This document shows, piece by piece, positions 13,500 through 25,490 of a stretch of DNA of 64,000 nucleotides. The notes beneath the pieces are model-generated. The model was not told the origin of the DNA. It worked only from the letters and a program-made list of their open reading frames with translations, and did no database searches. This stretch comes from Leptogorgia sarmentosa (lineage: Eukaryota). Within the stretch, counting starts at the first letter, position 1. The number at the start of each line of letters is the position of its first letter. The DNA lies in contig OZ210885.1 in the NCBI GenBank assembly GCA_964658305.1, positions 6,386,001 to 6,450,000 on the forward strand, given 5' to 3'. The position numbers and the translations under genes are program-made.

Positions 13500-14140
13500 A
13501 CGCACAGCGGCACGGCTATGTAGCTATAACAGCAAAATACTGTTTTTAGTATCAAAACACAGCGACACGGCCAGGTATAACACAAAAATACTGTTTTTAT
13601 TATCATAACACGAGGACACGGCCAGGTATAACACCAAAGAAGTGTTAATATTTTCAAAGCACGAAGACACTGTGGCACGGCCAGGTACAACACTAAAATA
13701 GTGTTTTTATTATCAAAACACGGCGACACGGCCAGGTATAACACTAAAATAGTGCTTTTATTATCAAAGCACAAATACACTGTGGCACGGCCAGGTATAA
13801 CACTAAAATAGTGTTTTTATTATCAAAACACTGCGACACGGCCAGGTATAACACTAAAATACTGTTTTTTATTATCAAAACACGAGGACACGGCCAGGTA
13901 TAACACTAAAATAGTGCTTTTATTATCAAAGCACGAAAACACGGCCATGTATAACACTACAATAGTGTTTTTATTATCAAAACACAAAGACACAGTGACA
14001 CGGCCAGGTATATAACACTAAAGAAGTGTTAATATTTTCAAAGCATGAAGACACAGCGACATGGCCAGGTATAGCACTAAAATAGTGCTTTTATTATCAA
14101 AACACGAAAACACGGTGACACAATTGTCTATGTATAACAC
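13500..14140. repeat. Minisatellite, ~12 units of ~50-60 bp
   Basis: Recurring CACGGCCAGGTATAACACTAAAATAGTGTTTTTATTATCAAA core. Confidence 0.95.
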
Positions 14141-14239
14141 CAAAATCGTTAGTCTGTGACTAACGATTAGGCAAAATAGCGTTTTTCATTATTTAGTAGG
14201 CAAGAATACATGGCAAACATGGCCATGCAAACCTGATGC

Positions 14240-15217
14240 CTATATAATTAGCAACGGATCGGAATGTTGTGTATCGGGACACTCAGCCATGATTTGGCGA
14301 GCACGGGTTAGGTACTGACGATCCCGAGTTGGCAAAAATGGGCACTTGCTAAGATAATGGTGGAACTGGGACCGGTTGGCTTGTTGGCACAGTGGGCATG
14401 TCTTGTTTCGTGCGGCAGTGCCTTTAAACTGTGACGTTGTCTGTGGCCGTGGGCTCCTGTTGTGCTCCCGGTTAGGTTGTTGGAAGGCAGTACGTAGAAT
14501 TTTGGATTCACTGGCTGTTTGTATTTCATCGAGGAGGAAGTCTAAGGCTTGTGATATTTCGGGTTTCAAGCTGGCGAGTGACTTAGATCATAGTTCAGTG
14601 CCATAGCGCTGTTTAACAAGTGCAGGCAAGTCGGGATGAATCAGGCGTAGCCATGTGATGACAATAAGGTTTTCGAGGGAAGGTGTAATCTCTTCATCGA
14701 CTGTGACATTCTCCCCATGGTGTTGAATATTGCCATTGGCTCTAAGTAAATTATCGTCGATAAACCCTACTAAGCGTTGGTAGAGGTCTTCAGGGCGTTC
14801 CCCTTGTTCAAGGCGAATGTTATTAAAGTCTAAGAACCGAGAGCCCGTTGACTGAAAGCCAAAGTGGGCCCGAATAGCCTGCCAAATTGATTGGATGGAG
14901 GTAGAACTTTTGACGATGGTGTTGCGAGATACGACTGGGCAAAAATTAGCTATTTGGCCCAACATAAGTTCTAAATGGGTTACCTTCTGAGCAGCGGTTC
15001 GTCGGGTTGCTTCAGGTACGGCTTCGCCATCGTCTTCAAAGCCTCGAGTGGGATTGGCGCTTGTCTTGCGTCGCCATGTTGTTTCTTCGAGAAGGAAAGA
15101 GGCGAAATTGGAGTCCAAGGACAAAATATAGCGCAGATTTTCACGCCATGCTTCAAATGATGTGATAGTTTCGTCCTTCGTCAAAGTCCATTGTTTGGGA
15201 GCACGACTTGTTGCCAT
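14240..15217 (-). pseudogene. Gypsy-type LTR retrotransposon gag, interrupted and 3'-truncated
   Basis: [24 protein letters not shown]... ends at a stop at 14588, then continues to LASLKPEISQALD and a CPLC..HYLSKC knuckle; directly downstream of a PBS. Confidence 0.8.
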
Positions 15218-15365
15218 TTCGGCGTACTGAGGACTAATTTATAGCAGCAGTTCGAGCTGACGTATCTTGACAACTTACGCCGAGGAAACTCTTGTTGATC
15301 TGACTGTGTTGGGAAGTTTCACTTCGTCGAAACGGTTTAGTTAATTTGATACAGTATAGCGGGAT

Positions 15366-15378
15366 ACCGCTGCCACCA
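15366..15378 (-). other. Primer binding site, tRNA-Leu type
   Basis: TGGTGGCAGCGGT is complementary to the tRNA-Leu 3' end (ACCGCUGCCACCA). A probable short LTR starts TGTAGT at 15510, but no terminal CA is visible. Confidence 0.75.
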
Positions 15379-16096
15379 CACCAGTCAACAATGAGAACCC
15401 GTGAGATACAACTAGTCCTTTAATATACCAATACGCGCCAAACGTGCCTCATGCCAAAACATGTGTTCACCTGTCACGTGACACTGACGAATATTAACTA
15501 CGCAACTACAGACCGGTATGCCGGTATGGCGTGTAATGGTAAAAATTGAACACTTCCATTTGACTTCAAAGCCATAAAATGATTAAATAATTAATTTACT
15601 TTACGAAGCACTCAAGCACAATGGTGTAATGATAATAAAACTATGTAAAGACAAAATCAGAAGCAATTTACCTTCCGTTTGTGTATCCTACGAGATACAA
15701 CTCTGTCAACTTCGTAATATTGTGCAGCCATGCTGAACCAACATGGCGGGAAAAAATTGAGCCTGGGCGTCCAGCCGCTGACTGTCCTTGATTTCTGGCC
15801 ATGTTTGGATTGACATGTTTATGTGACCGTTAACTTACGTGTTCATACTGATCACGACGACTGTGTGAATTAGAACCACACAGCTAAAGAATTACCACCA
15901 ATTAATTATGATTAATTAGATGAGTAATTCTTTAGCTCAGTGATTAGAATAACTCAATGAAGATCTGGGCTTATACAGATCGAAAGCTTTACGATAATAT
16001 AGGCCTAATTACGTGGTGTAAACTACAAGCATTATAAATATAAATTTCTGCGTTCTGAACCTAAATATGAATTTCTGTGTTTATCCCTGCTTTTAA

Positions 16097-17235
16097 AGTG
16101 TTACTGCAACGAATTTTTCGACCTCGTTTTTTTTGCCTTAAATAAATATTCAGGTCGAAAGATGAAATTTGGTGTATAGATGACTTTTGTACGTTTAGTG
16201 GAAGTAACTAAATTTCGCCTCCAAACTTCGATACCGGATGCGACAAAAACAGCCGCCATTTTGTCACCTTGTGACGTCACAAGTGTAACACGTTTAGCAA
16301 AGCTACTAGTAAATTGTATTGCGTTAGAGCTATACTCTGTGTTTCTCGCGCTTTTTTGGCCGGAAAAAAAAATCTTTTGAAACAAAACTTGACCATAGGC
16401 ATTTTAAGACAATATATTTTGCTCATGTCGAGTAACGAGTCTGGCGGAGACACGCAATCGTGTGAAAGTTCAAGTGAAACTGCATGACCCGGTGTCGGAT
16501 GGCTGGTTAGTTCATGTCACATCGCACTGCTTTGCGTACGACGACGAACCTATAGCAGAACCTGGGGAAACGAATTGTGTTCCAGAAGATCCAGATGGAT
16601 TGTTGCCAGCAACTATTGAACAAAGAAGCGACGATAGAATAACTCTGGAACAGTGATAAGTGAAGGTTCAAGACTGTTTAGACTTTAGCCTAATTAAAAT
16701 AGCCGACGTAGGCTAAATTTGAATGTATATTTTATTGCTTTTATTTAATATTCATCTGTAATGATATATTGTTAATTTTGGTATCAATATATTGATATCA
16801 GTATAATTATTGATTCCACATTGCCGTCTCAATATCTCAGAACAAGTGTGTATGTAAAAGAGCCCAATTTTATAGGCCCTTTCTTTTGGGCTTCCTTGCC
16901 TTCTATTTATTAAATTTGTAAATACTTAAGCTGTGGCAGAATAAATTGATTTGATTTGATAAGGAAACTAGTCACAATTCATAGCAAGTTAATATTTAGC
17001 GATTTTGCTAACTCTAGATTCATATCATAGCACGAATCTTCGAAGTAAAGGCACGAGGTCGCCGTAGCGTCAAAACCCGGGTTATGTTTACAGACAAATT
17101 TCACGCACTTATTCCGTCTCTGAGCATCTGTTTCTTCATTAGGGAATAGATGCATAGATACTCCTTCAGTTTTGCTATCATTGACGCAGCTAACTAAGTT
17201 AAGACCGCCAGCAACGCAGAGTTTTCCTCCGCGAG
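16097..17235. mobile_element. Kolobok-type element remnant (left terminus, KolX-like start, THAP domain)
   Basis: TTAA|AGTGTTACTGCAACGAA terminus resembling that at 30504; subterminal GCCGCCATTTTG/GTGACGTCA; plus-strand acidic AYDDEPIA exon (16425-16655); minus-strand THAP. No right terminus found. Confidence 0.6.
16979..17232 (-). pseudogene. THAP zinc-finger fragment
   Basis: KLCVAGG..SC.N....GVSMHLFP....RRNKCVKFV...SCL/YFEDSCY, a degenerate C2CH THAP signature. Confidence 0.75.
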
Positions 17236-17999
17236 TAGCTTTACGTCCATTAGAAATATACGCCCAACCTCGTACCCAGGGTCTTATGATCTCCACTCCC
17301 GCTGCTCTCCCGCTACGACAAAGACCCTGGTTCAGGCTGGTCACGTGACACCCTAATTAGTTTCATCCCGTGGGGGGGGGGGATGTGCAACGTGAATTTT
17401 TGTTTGCCCATTTCAAGCGTGGACTGTGGCCGCCATTTGTGATGTGCGTGCCGTGAATATTTGATCAAAGCTTTCCCAGATGCGAAAAGGTTGTGAATGC
17501 CAGGTTTTTTACACTTGTTTGCACTTCGCAATCATCAACAGCTTATATTACGATCTAGTGTTGATGTAGTGTTGTTTGATTATAGTGTTGTGTTGTATAT
17601 TGAGTCCCCGTAGCTTTTGCCATTAGGGAGTTTAAGATCCTGACGACGGACTACCGACTACGTTTGGAATATTTTTGTTCATCTGTTTATATCCCTGAGC
17701 TGGATTTACATATATTCAGACAAATTCATTCCAAATGATCAGTATTTTGTGTTGTGTAGGTTTTAACTTTGAATTCTATCAGTTGTATATGGAAATATTT
17801 TCTACCACGTACGCGCTGCGTAACCAGTTCTGTCGTTACGCTTCACCGTGCTTTTATACAACACAATAATATGATTTTCATGTCGTAGTCAAGACAGTAC
17901 GGTGAAAAGTATAAGATAAGATAAATTGAGAAACACAAGTTACTTCATAGAAAATTTACTACAGAACTGTTTCGTATGACAAGTTGAACTTGCCACTGA

Positions 18000-18712
18000 G
18001 GACAGTGGTGGTTTTCGGGAAAGTGTTTGTCTAGTAGTTGAAGGAATTTTCGCGCTATGTTTGTTCTGACGTTCATACTATATGGCGGGTTGAACCAGAT
18101 TATTTTGGAAACCACCATTATTTCGATTATTTTGCAAACCACCATTCACACAGGCTATTTAACAGAAATAACGTTAAAGTCAGCTATAGCTGTATGCTGA
18201 ACACCTCAAGACTCATCAAATCTCACAACAGAAAGATCCTCCAAGACCAACCTACCGCTACCACCACTACAGAATGCAACTGCAGAAACAGAGAGACGTG
18301 CCCCCTAAAAGGTAAATGCCTAACAGAGAACGTAGTATACGCGGCAAAAGTCAACAACAGTAAAAACAACGAGGAGAAAATCTACATTGGCCTCACTGAA
18401 AGAACATTCAAGGACAGATTTTACAAACACAGTAACTCACTACGTCACCACACAAAAGCCAACGCGACAGAGCTCTTAAAATACGTTTGGGATCTAAAGA
18501 ACAGAAACATAGAGGAAATAAACATCGAGTGGTCGATCTTAGACAAAGCCCCAGCCCTCAGAAACGGCTCCAAAACATGCAACCTTTGCCTTTCAGAAAA
18601 GTTCCACATCATCTTCCACAGCAATGAAAACTTGCTAAACAAAAGAAGTGAAATTCTTTCGACATGTCGTCACAAAAACAAGTTCCTCCTTACCAACTTC
18701 AAAGAACTTACT
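18000..18712 (+). pseudogene. Penelope-like element GIY-YIG endonuclease region, with an inverted upstream piece at ~18005-18110
   Basis: FNRNNVKVSYSC, CNCR..CPL.GKC, VVYAA...YIGLTERTFKDR, CNLCLSEK, LLNKRSE..CRH. The IIWFNPPYS segment that should precede it lies on the minus strand. Confidence 0.88.
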
Positions 18713-20310
18713 TACCACTTGACTGTGTTCCTATTAAAAATCTTGTGTAGCTTGTGGTGAGGTGGAAAATGTATGTCTAATAAGCCCAGGAAATCATGTG
18801 CCATGTGTGTCTTGACACTCTTGCTGAAAGGGGGATTAAACCAAATGATGTTGCCTTCCCTATTTCTGCATGTTTGTGGTGCTTGATTCATGTATTCAAG
18901 CTTGTGGTCAAAATTGCTGTGCCTTAGTGCGTTTTGCTAAGCAGGAGCACTTTCATGGAATGTGTGCTCATCTGATGAGTGTCGAAATGCGCTTGTTGAT
19001 CGATGTGGGGAGTTGTCTTATGATGCTTGGTGGGTGGTTGGAATGTTTGTTTATGTATAGTGGATCGTCGTCATTAGGCTTTCTATAGGGCTTAAATTTT
19101 CCATTGTTAAGATCGAAAGTGACATCTAAGAAATTTACTACATGCAAATTTGCCTCAGCTGTTATTTTTAAACCAAAATTGTCGAAACATTTATGGAGTT
19201 CTTTCCTGGTTTTATCTGCCAAACGTGCTGATTTGTTTTTCATGATAGCCAATCCATCATCAGATCATCTCTGTATAAACCGATGTTTTTCCCTAGATCG
19301 TTTAGTATGAAAAGGCCGACAATTTCACAAATTTCAGCTCCAACGTAACTATACCCATGGTTACGTCAAATATGCTGTTGCTGTCTTTTTTTATCCAAGG
19401 TTTTCCGTCATTGAAAAGTAGTGATTTCCTAGCGTGTTTTATTATTGAAATGTCATCCTTTGATATGTGAGCCAAATTGGAAGTCCAAGATAATGCTTGG
19501 CCCAGTAAATTTTCTGATATAGATGGGTAGAAGAAATCAACTATGTCAAACGAAATGAAAGTGTGCCTATGTTTTTCTTTGATGTTGCCAAACCACTCTA
19601 TAACGTTTTGGGTGTTTTGCCATTGGTTTAGGGTTCAACATTTTCCTCAAATCGGGATTGATTTTGTCAAGGATGATCTTACTTAGTTTTCCAGATTCGC
19701 TTTTTGCGGGATTGATTAGTCGGCATTTTGGGTTGTTTTCGAAATTTTCTTTGTGGTCTTTTAATGAAATAAATGCTTCACGTTTTTTCATCTGTTCAAT
19801 CCGGTTGCCAATTCCTAAATTCTTCAAAATGTGTTTTAGTTCGTTGTCGATTTCCGAAATTGTGCCTTCTGATCCGTGTTTGTATGTTTTTGTGATGTTG
19901 TCATGCATGAGCTTGTTATATGCGTCGAGCGATGTTTCATAGATATTTCTAATTTTGTCAGCGAAAACAAAAATGTTCGGAGATGAATTAATTTTCTTTA
20001 AATCATTTGCCAAAGACTTTCAAAATTGATTTTCCGCAGTTCGAAATTTAATGTTTTCAATTAGGTTAATAACGTCATTCTCTAAAGGTCTCATTTCTAA
20101 AATTGTGGGAGGTGTTTTGTTGGAAGGAAGATCGAAACGGTTGTTTTGTTTGGAAATTTTGTCTCCTTTTAGGAAAAAATGAGCTTTCCATCTCATGCGT
20201 TTTAGTACACTTTCAACTTTTTCAATCAAATTCAATCGGAATTGGAATGCATGCATTGTTTGACGCCCATGCCCACGTTTCCGACTCAAAACACTTATAA
20301 GCAGCAAACT
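18712..20310 (-). pseudogene. Penelope-like element reverse transcriptase, fragmented and 3'-truncated
   Basis: LIEKVESVLKRMRWKAHFF, FADK.RNIY, LKDHKENF.NNPKCRLINPAKSE, FISFDIVD, MG....GAEICE, VNFLDVTFDL, YINKHSNHPP and IIWFNPPFS. Confidence 0.9.
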
Positions 20311-20452
20311 TTTCGAAATTTGTCAGCCATTTGATGATTCCTCTTGGATGAAACTGGCTGTAGTGGCACCTTTTTGAGGCAAAACTATACCATTTGCTCT
20401 ATCAATATGGTATCGAGCACTCTTTGGCATTTCGTTAACCAAAACTTTATCG

Positions 20453-20456
<4 letters not shown>

Positions 20457-20494
<38 letters not shown>
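20457..20494. repeat. (TA)n microsatellite
   Basis: Uninterrupted TA run. Confidence 0.95.
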
Positions 20495-20497
<3 letters not shown>

Positions 20498-20533
20498 AAA
20501 AATGTTCTCTGGATTGAGAAATGTTATTTTATT

Positions 20534-20567
20534 AAGCCTTCGACTCGTTACTTCGAGCCTTCTTCAA
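20534..20567 (-). ncRNA. Degenerate minimal hammerhead-ribozyme-like motif
   Basis: TTGAAGA-A-GGCTCG-AAGTAA-CGAGTC-GAAG compared with the CUGANGA-stemII-GAAA consensus; adjacent to Penelope remnants. Confidence 0.45.
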
Positions 20568-20662
20568 AAGAGATCAGCTATGTCTTTATGTCTTTACTAT
20601 CATTATCAATGTCTTTACTATCATTAATTCTCTTTCCAACACTCTTACTATAGACAAATTTC

Positions 20663-20745
20663 AGGTACACCTATGGGATCTCCTCTTTCTAGTTTCCTCG
20701 CTGAAGCGGTCATGCAGGATCTAGAAAAGAGATCAGTAACAAACA
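20663..20745 (+). pseudogene. Short Penelope-type RT fragment
   Basis: GTPMGSPLSSFLAEAVMQDLE motif. Confidence 0.6.
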
Positions 20746-20779
20746 AGGTTATTAAGGTTATTAATCATATTAATTAGTC

Positions 20780-21200
20780 TATTTTCAATGTTAAGCATCT
20801 CCGGGATTGGTGGTGGTGACTTTGTTGAGTTGAAGCTATATGTTTTGTGGTGTCTGGCGTTGGTCTTAGATAAAAGAACGCTATCCATCTCATTTGTCTG
20901 CAGAGTAATTTGGTCTTCTCAATTAGTGTTTTTTTGTAATCCTTTTGTGATATGGTAGTGGAATATTCTTAGTCGAGTAGTCAAAGCTTGTTGATTCCAT
21001 GTCAAAGGTCGTTACGAAGAGTGCTCAGCAAAAAAGGAGCGTAAATATACAATGGATAATGTAGTAATAACCGTTGGTAGAGTGTTCAATGGATGACCAG
21101 AGCATATTATAATGAATTAAAGTTCAAACATTCAACAGTTAAGACAAGACATTTTATTTAGTTTAGTGCTACACGTAACGTGTGGTACTCTTCAGATAAA
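20780..21200 (-). mobile_element. 5' end of another Penelope-like element, with a hammerhead-like motif at 21161-21195
   Basis: KNIPLP and LIEKTKLLCRQMRW resemble the ORF at 20020-20307; upstream CTGAAGA-GTACCACAC-GTTAC-GTGTAGCAC-TAAAC. Confidence 0.6.
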
Positions 21201-21253
21201 ATTGTCTAATGACTAGTTATATATTTACAAGGGATTGTATAAAAACGTAATGT

Positions 21254-21641
21254 GGCTCACCATGGCTCGTGTTTGATGTGAACCTTCATAATAGAACTAT
21301 ATAGTAAAAAGCTATATTTTGGTCATCTTAACAAACTCGGTTGCATTTCAATCATTTCTTTAAAACTTTCTGGGTATGACTAATTTAGTGAGACTAACAA
21401 AATATATAAGTTTCATTTTGATTCGATAAAAACTTAACATGGCTCATCATGGCTCGTGTTTGATGTGAACCTTCATAATAGAACTATATAGTAAAAAGCT
21501 ATATTTTGGTCATCTTAACAAACTCGGTTGCATTTCAATCATTTCTTTAAAACTTTGTGGGTATGACTAATTTAGTGAGACTAACAAAATATATAAGTTT
21601 CATTTTGATTGGATAAAAACTTAACGCAGCTCACCATGGCT
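21254..21641. repeat. Tandem duplication with 187-bp period (2 near-identical copies)
   Basis: CATGGCTCGTGTTTGATG at 21261 and 21448; a third CATGGC starts at 21635. Confidence 0.95.
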
Positions 21642-21859
21642 TAATGGGGGTTGAAAGGTATTCCACCGCCCCCTTATAAATTTTTGAGGGTGCCTCATTA
21701 TCAATCCAGTAGATTTTTAAGCCTGAATGGAATATTTGAAGAATAAAGCTTTGCTGTCCACCTTTTAGGCAGAAGAGGCAGGGAAGGTTGGTGTGAACTG
21801 ATGAAGAATTCCCTCGAGTTCAGTAAAGACGACCAAGATAAAGAATACCTTGTAGTGAA

Positions 21860-22150
21860 ACTTTGACATGTCGGGAACCTGCTGGTTCAAGAACGAGCCC
21901 ATGGGAAAAAATGCAATATCTCAACTAATGCCAAAGATATCGAAAAAGGCTGGCATTTGACAAGTCTACACTGCACATTGTGTACGGGCTCCAACAATAA
22001 CAAGTCTGCATCAAGCCGGGGTAGATGCCAAACAAATATGCGCTATAACGAAGCACAAAAAATGAACAAAGCTTGAATTGTTACATGAAGGATAGCTCAA
22101 GTTCACAGAAGCGTGTTTGTTGCAGTATCCTTGGTCGTGCACTTACATCA
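21860..22150 (+). pseudogene. Crypton-like tyrosine recombinase C-terminal remnant
   Basis: WFKNEPMGKNAISQLMPKISKKAGI*QVYTAHCVRA...AGV...ITKHK/NEQSLNCY carries HxxR, H and Y; one stop and one frameshift. Confidence 0.75.
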
Positions 22151-22749
22151 AACGAATCCTTGGAGAGTGGACAAAATACCAGCATTAGTCCAGTGAACAA
22201 TGCCGGATTGAATGTCAGCCTGTCTTCGTCGTCGAAACAAACATGGTCAGTTCAGGAAATTTTGGCAAACTGTCAGTTTAACAACTGTGTTATCAATATT
22301 AATCCTGCAAAGTGACTTCTGTTTTTTTTGTTATCATAAGGATGCCATTGTATAGTTGTTGTTTATTGCTTTCATGTGAAAATGAGAGAGTGAGAACGAC
22401 ATTGACATTCTACTAGCTATACGCGCTATTATTTATATTACATGTTATATTGTTTACGTTAAAGTGATATAAACAAGAGACAACGTTGTTAATTATTAAC
22501 GAGAATTGTGTCTGTAATCATTTGCACTAATGTTAACAATACGTTTTCAAAAATACCAGTCTTCAAAATCGATGATTTTTTCCCACAACTGGTCTTAGTA
22601 AAGCGTATACTGTTGCACGGTTGTTTTTCATTTTTTTATACAATAATTGCCCTTTTAAATCATTATAATAGTAATACATTTGATGTTCTTGGGCATAAAT
22701 ATGTTTTTGGTGACAATGAGTCTGAGTCGGGCCAAAAACATATTTATTC

Positions 22750-22901
22750 CCGCGAACATCAACTCTATTGTTATATTTTAGCTCAAACAGTGCAAAACAT
22801 TCCTTTTCATTTTGTAAATAGTTGAACCTGAATTTTATCAACTAAATGTGTAGATCTATGGATATACAAGTTATGCTTAGACAGAAAAGTATCTAGTTTG
22901 C
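22750..22901. repeat. ~150-bp inverted repeat, left copy (partner 26572-26724)
   Basis: Near-identical reverse complement; ORFs 22563- and 26632+ share their first 31 aa. Confidence 0.95.
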
Positions 22902-22986
22902 TTGTATTCAATAGTTCATAATTTCAATTTAATATTATTTTTTACTTAGCTATCCAGCTATCCACCGATTAGGTGGCTACTCCTAA

Positions 22987-23197
22987 AGGCCTGTTTACAC
23001 TGTACAACTTTTGCTTAAAACTGTTGCTTACGAGTGTCGTAAGCTTTTAAAGCATGCTTTCAAAAGGCTATAACTTTTTTCGTGTTGCATCGAACAAACA
23101 TAGTGAGTTGTAGGCTTAATTTACATTGTACAATTGGAGTTGTAAGCGCAGTGCATGCGACAGTTGTGAGCAAAAGTTGTACAGTGTAAACTGGCCT
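22987..23197. mobile_element. Harbinger/Tourist-type MITE
   Basis: TIRs AGGCCTGTTTACACTGTACAACTTTTGCT and AGCAAAAGTTGTACAGTGTAAACTGGCCT; TAA TSD on both sides. Confidence 0.85.
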
Positions 23198-23209
23198 TAA
23201 TACAACCGG

Positions 23210-25490
23210 CCACAGTTTTTCAAACCAGGAATTTGAGGCATGCATTCACCTTCCTCGATACTGCAGCAACAGTTGTGGCACTTGTTCTTTCCAGTCGAAG
23301 AGTACCATTTCGGCAATGTGCCTTGGTATCTTTTCTACTTCCATAATAAAATGCATGTATGCCTGTAATGAAGTTAACACATTCATTCTTGAAACAATAC
23401 ACACTGTATACCTATAATAAATTATTGTTTTAAGTAAATATTTAAAAATTGTTTAATAAACTGAAATTTACATCAGGAACAAGAATGTCCGTAACGTAGT
23501 GCAGGTTGGACGTACTTTTGTCGTTCCACTGCCTATCAGGTGGTATCAGCATGCCCGTCACGATATCAATGAAATCTTCCTCCTAAGGTAATAGAATAAG
23601 CTAGCATAACTAAATTAGATATAACTAATTGCACATTTCCTCCAAAGAACCATGCTCATTCGTATAAAATAACATGATGGAAAAATTGAGAGTTGATACA
23701 CGTCTGGAACCGAACTAGAAAACAAGTTTTAAATCGGGATGGTTTTTAAACTGTAAATACACAATTTGAAATATCCAATTCTGTCATGATTTATCAGATG
23801 ATTGTATATGACCTCTCAAAGCTCATTTTTCAGTGTATAGTAAAATAGGACCCATGTATCAGTGGTACAATCATACTCACTAAATCGTCAGGAAATGGAG
23901 ATTTACACCCCATCGAGAGTCGCGTTAAAATGAATTCTTTTTCTTTCCTTTCGTGTTGGTGAAAAATCTCGATTTTGTTACTGCAAAACGCAACAAATAC
24001 GATTTTGTTGGTCAATATTGCTTATTGTTTGTAAATCAGAGATACATATCATTGCCAAGTGAATTAACAGTGGCTGTTTGATGGAAGTTGATGTATGATG
24101 GCATGGATATAACATACCTCCACTAATGACTCACAAACCTGTAGCATCTTGCTCAGATGTTCATACTGTAGTTTTTTACAAAATACGAACAAATACAATA
24201 GTGTTTTTAACTTATCCGACCATCCCTGAAAGTATTTATTTAACAATCCTGTAAAACTGCAGAACAGTAACTAATCTCAGAATTGCGAGTTTGTAAAATG
24301 TTAGTAAGAAATATCTACCTGTAGAAGTCATCCTGGTTGAATGTCTCTATACCACAGCACCAGCGTTTAGGAACTTTGTCCTTTTTTACAAAACCAGCGC
24401 AGTGTATGTGGTACCATTTTTTGCACTCTGCGTAGCTGCATTGTACCTATTCCACCTTTTCAGAAGTGGGGCACTGACATGCCAACACAGAGCACAGTTC
24501 CTCTTTCCCACTATCTTTGATGCATCGGAAGCCTTCAAATATTGTGATATTTACGAGGCTTCCGATGCCCTCAACGCAGTCATCACCTTTAGGAATGAGG
24601 AGAACACAAGAGTGACTGGTGTACTCCCTGGGATGCAAATCAGGGTCGTTGTTGATTTCTATAAATAAAACTATACTACTTGAATTATCTTGCGGAGAAT
24701 AGGATTTTAACATACATGTTTTTATGATAAGACGAAGGTTTTCTGTATGTCATATAACTCCTTGAAGTTCGTCGAAAGGTGAATTTCCATACCATATACT
24801 TCTTGCACAAAAATCTTTCTTGATAGTCCGAAACCTGTTCATCCTTCGCGTTGAACCCAGGAATAATTATTCCTTCCCCATCAACAGGTCCACCTTTGCT
24901 GTTTGTATACCTCCGTCCAGAATGGATAAACTAGGAAAATTCATGATGCACGAATTAATTAGTGCGAAAATTTTTGACCAAAACTGTGATGATAAATGTA
25001 AACACATACCCTTCACATGTCGAATTTGTTTTCTTTTTCCTTTTCCAGGGTTTGTTGGTCCTGAAGGTAGTTGATGGTTTTTGACCTAATGGTCCTTGTG
25101 TCATTGATGGTCCTTGTGTCATTGATGGTCCTTGGGTTATGGGTGGTTCTTGGGTTATGGGAGGTTCTTTGGTTATGGCTGGTTCTTGGGTTATGGATGG
25201 TTATGGGTGGTTCTTGGGTTATGGGTGGTTCTTGAGTCATTGGTGGTTCTTGGGTCACTGGTGGTTCAGGGGTTTGGGTCGTTGATGGTTGAACTGTTGC
25301 AAGGGTGCTAATATTTCCATTCTCCTTCCTTGTGAATTCAATTTCGTCTTTGCACTGCAGTATGGACTTTAGCTGAGATGCTCCATAACCGCTTGGTTTT
25401 CGAAATGGAATTCCAGCTGGCAATCCTTCGACATCGAAGTCGTCTTTGCTTTTATACGGGAAGGGCCCCTTCGCTTCCGTTGCTTCCTCT
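23210..25490 (-). pseudogene. Multi-exon gene remnant with a GTF2I-like repeat motif, QEPPIT repeats and a PHD finger
   Basis: VEGLPAGIPFRKPSGYGASQLKSIL; 18-bp repeats at 25085-25265; CSVLACQC...VQCSYAECKKWYHIHCAG...WCC at ~24345-24495; in-frame stops. Confidence 0.6.

Noticed and set aside
13500..14140. CRISPR array or coding repeat (ORF 13451-13780)
   Set aside because: There are no unique spacers, and the ORF is a translation of the minisatellite.
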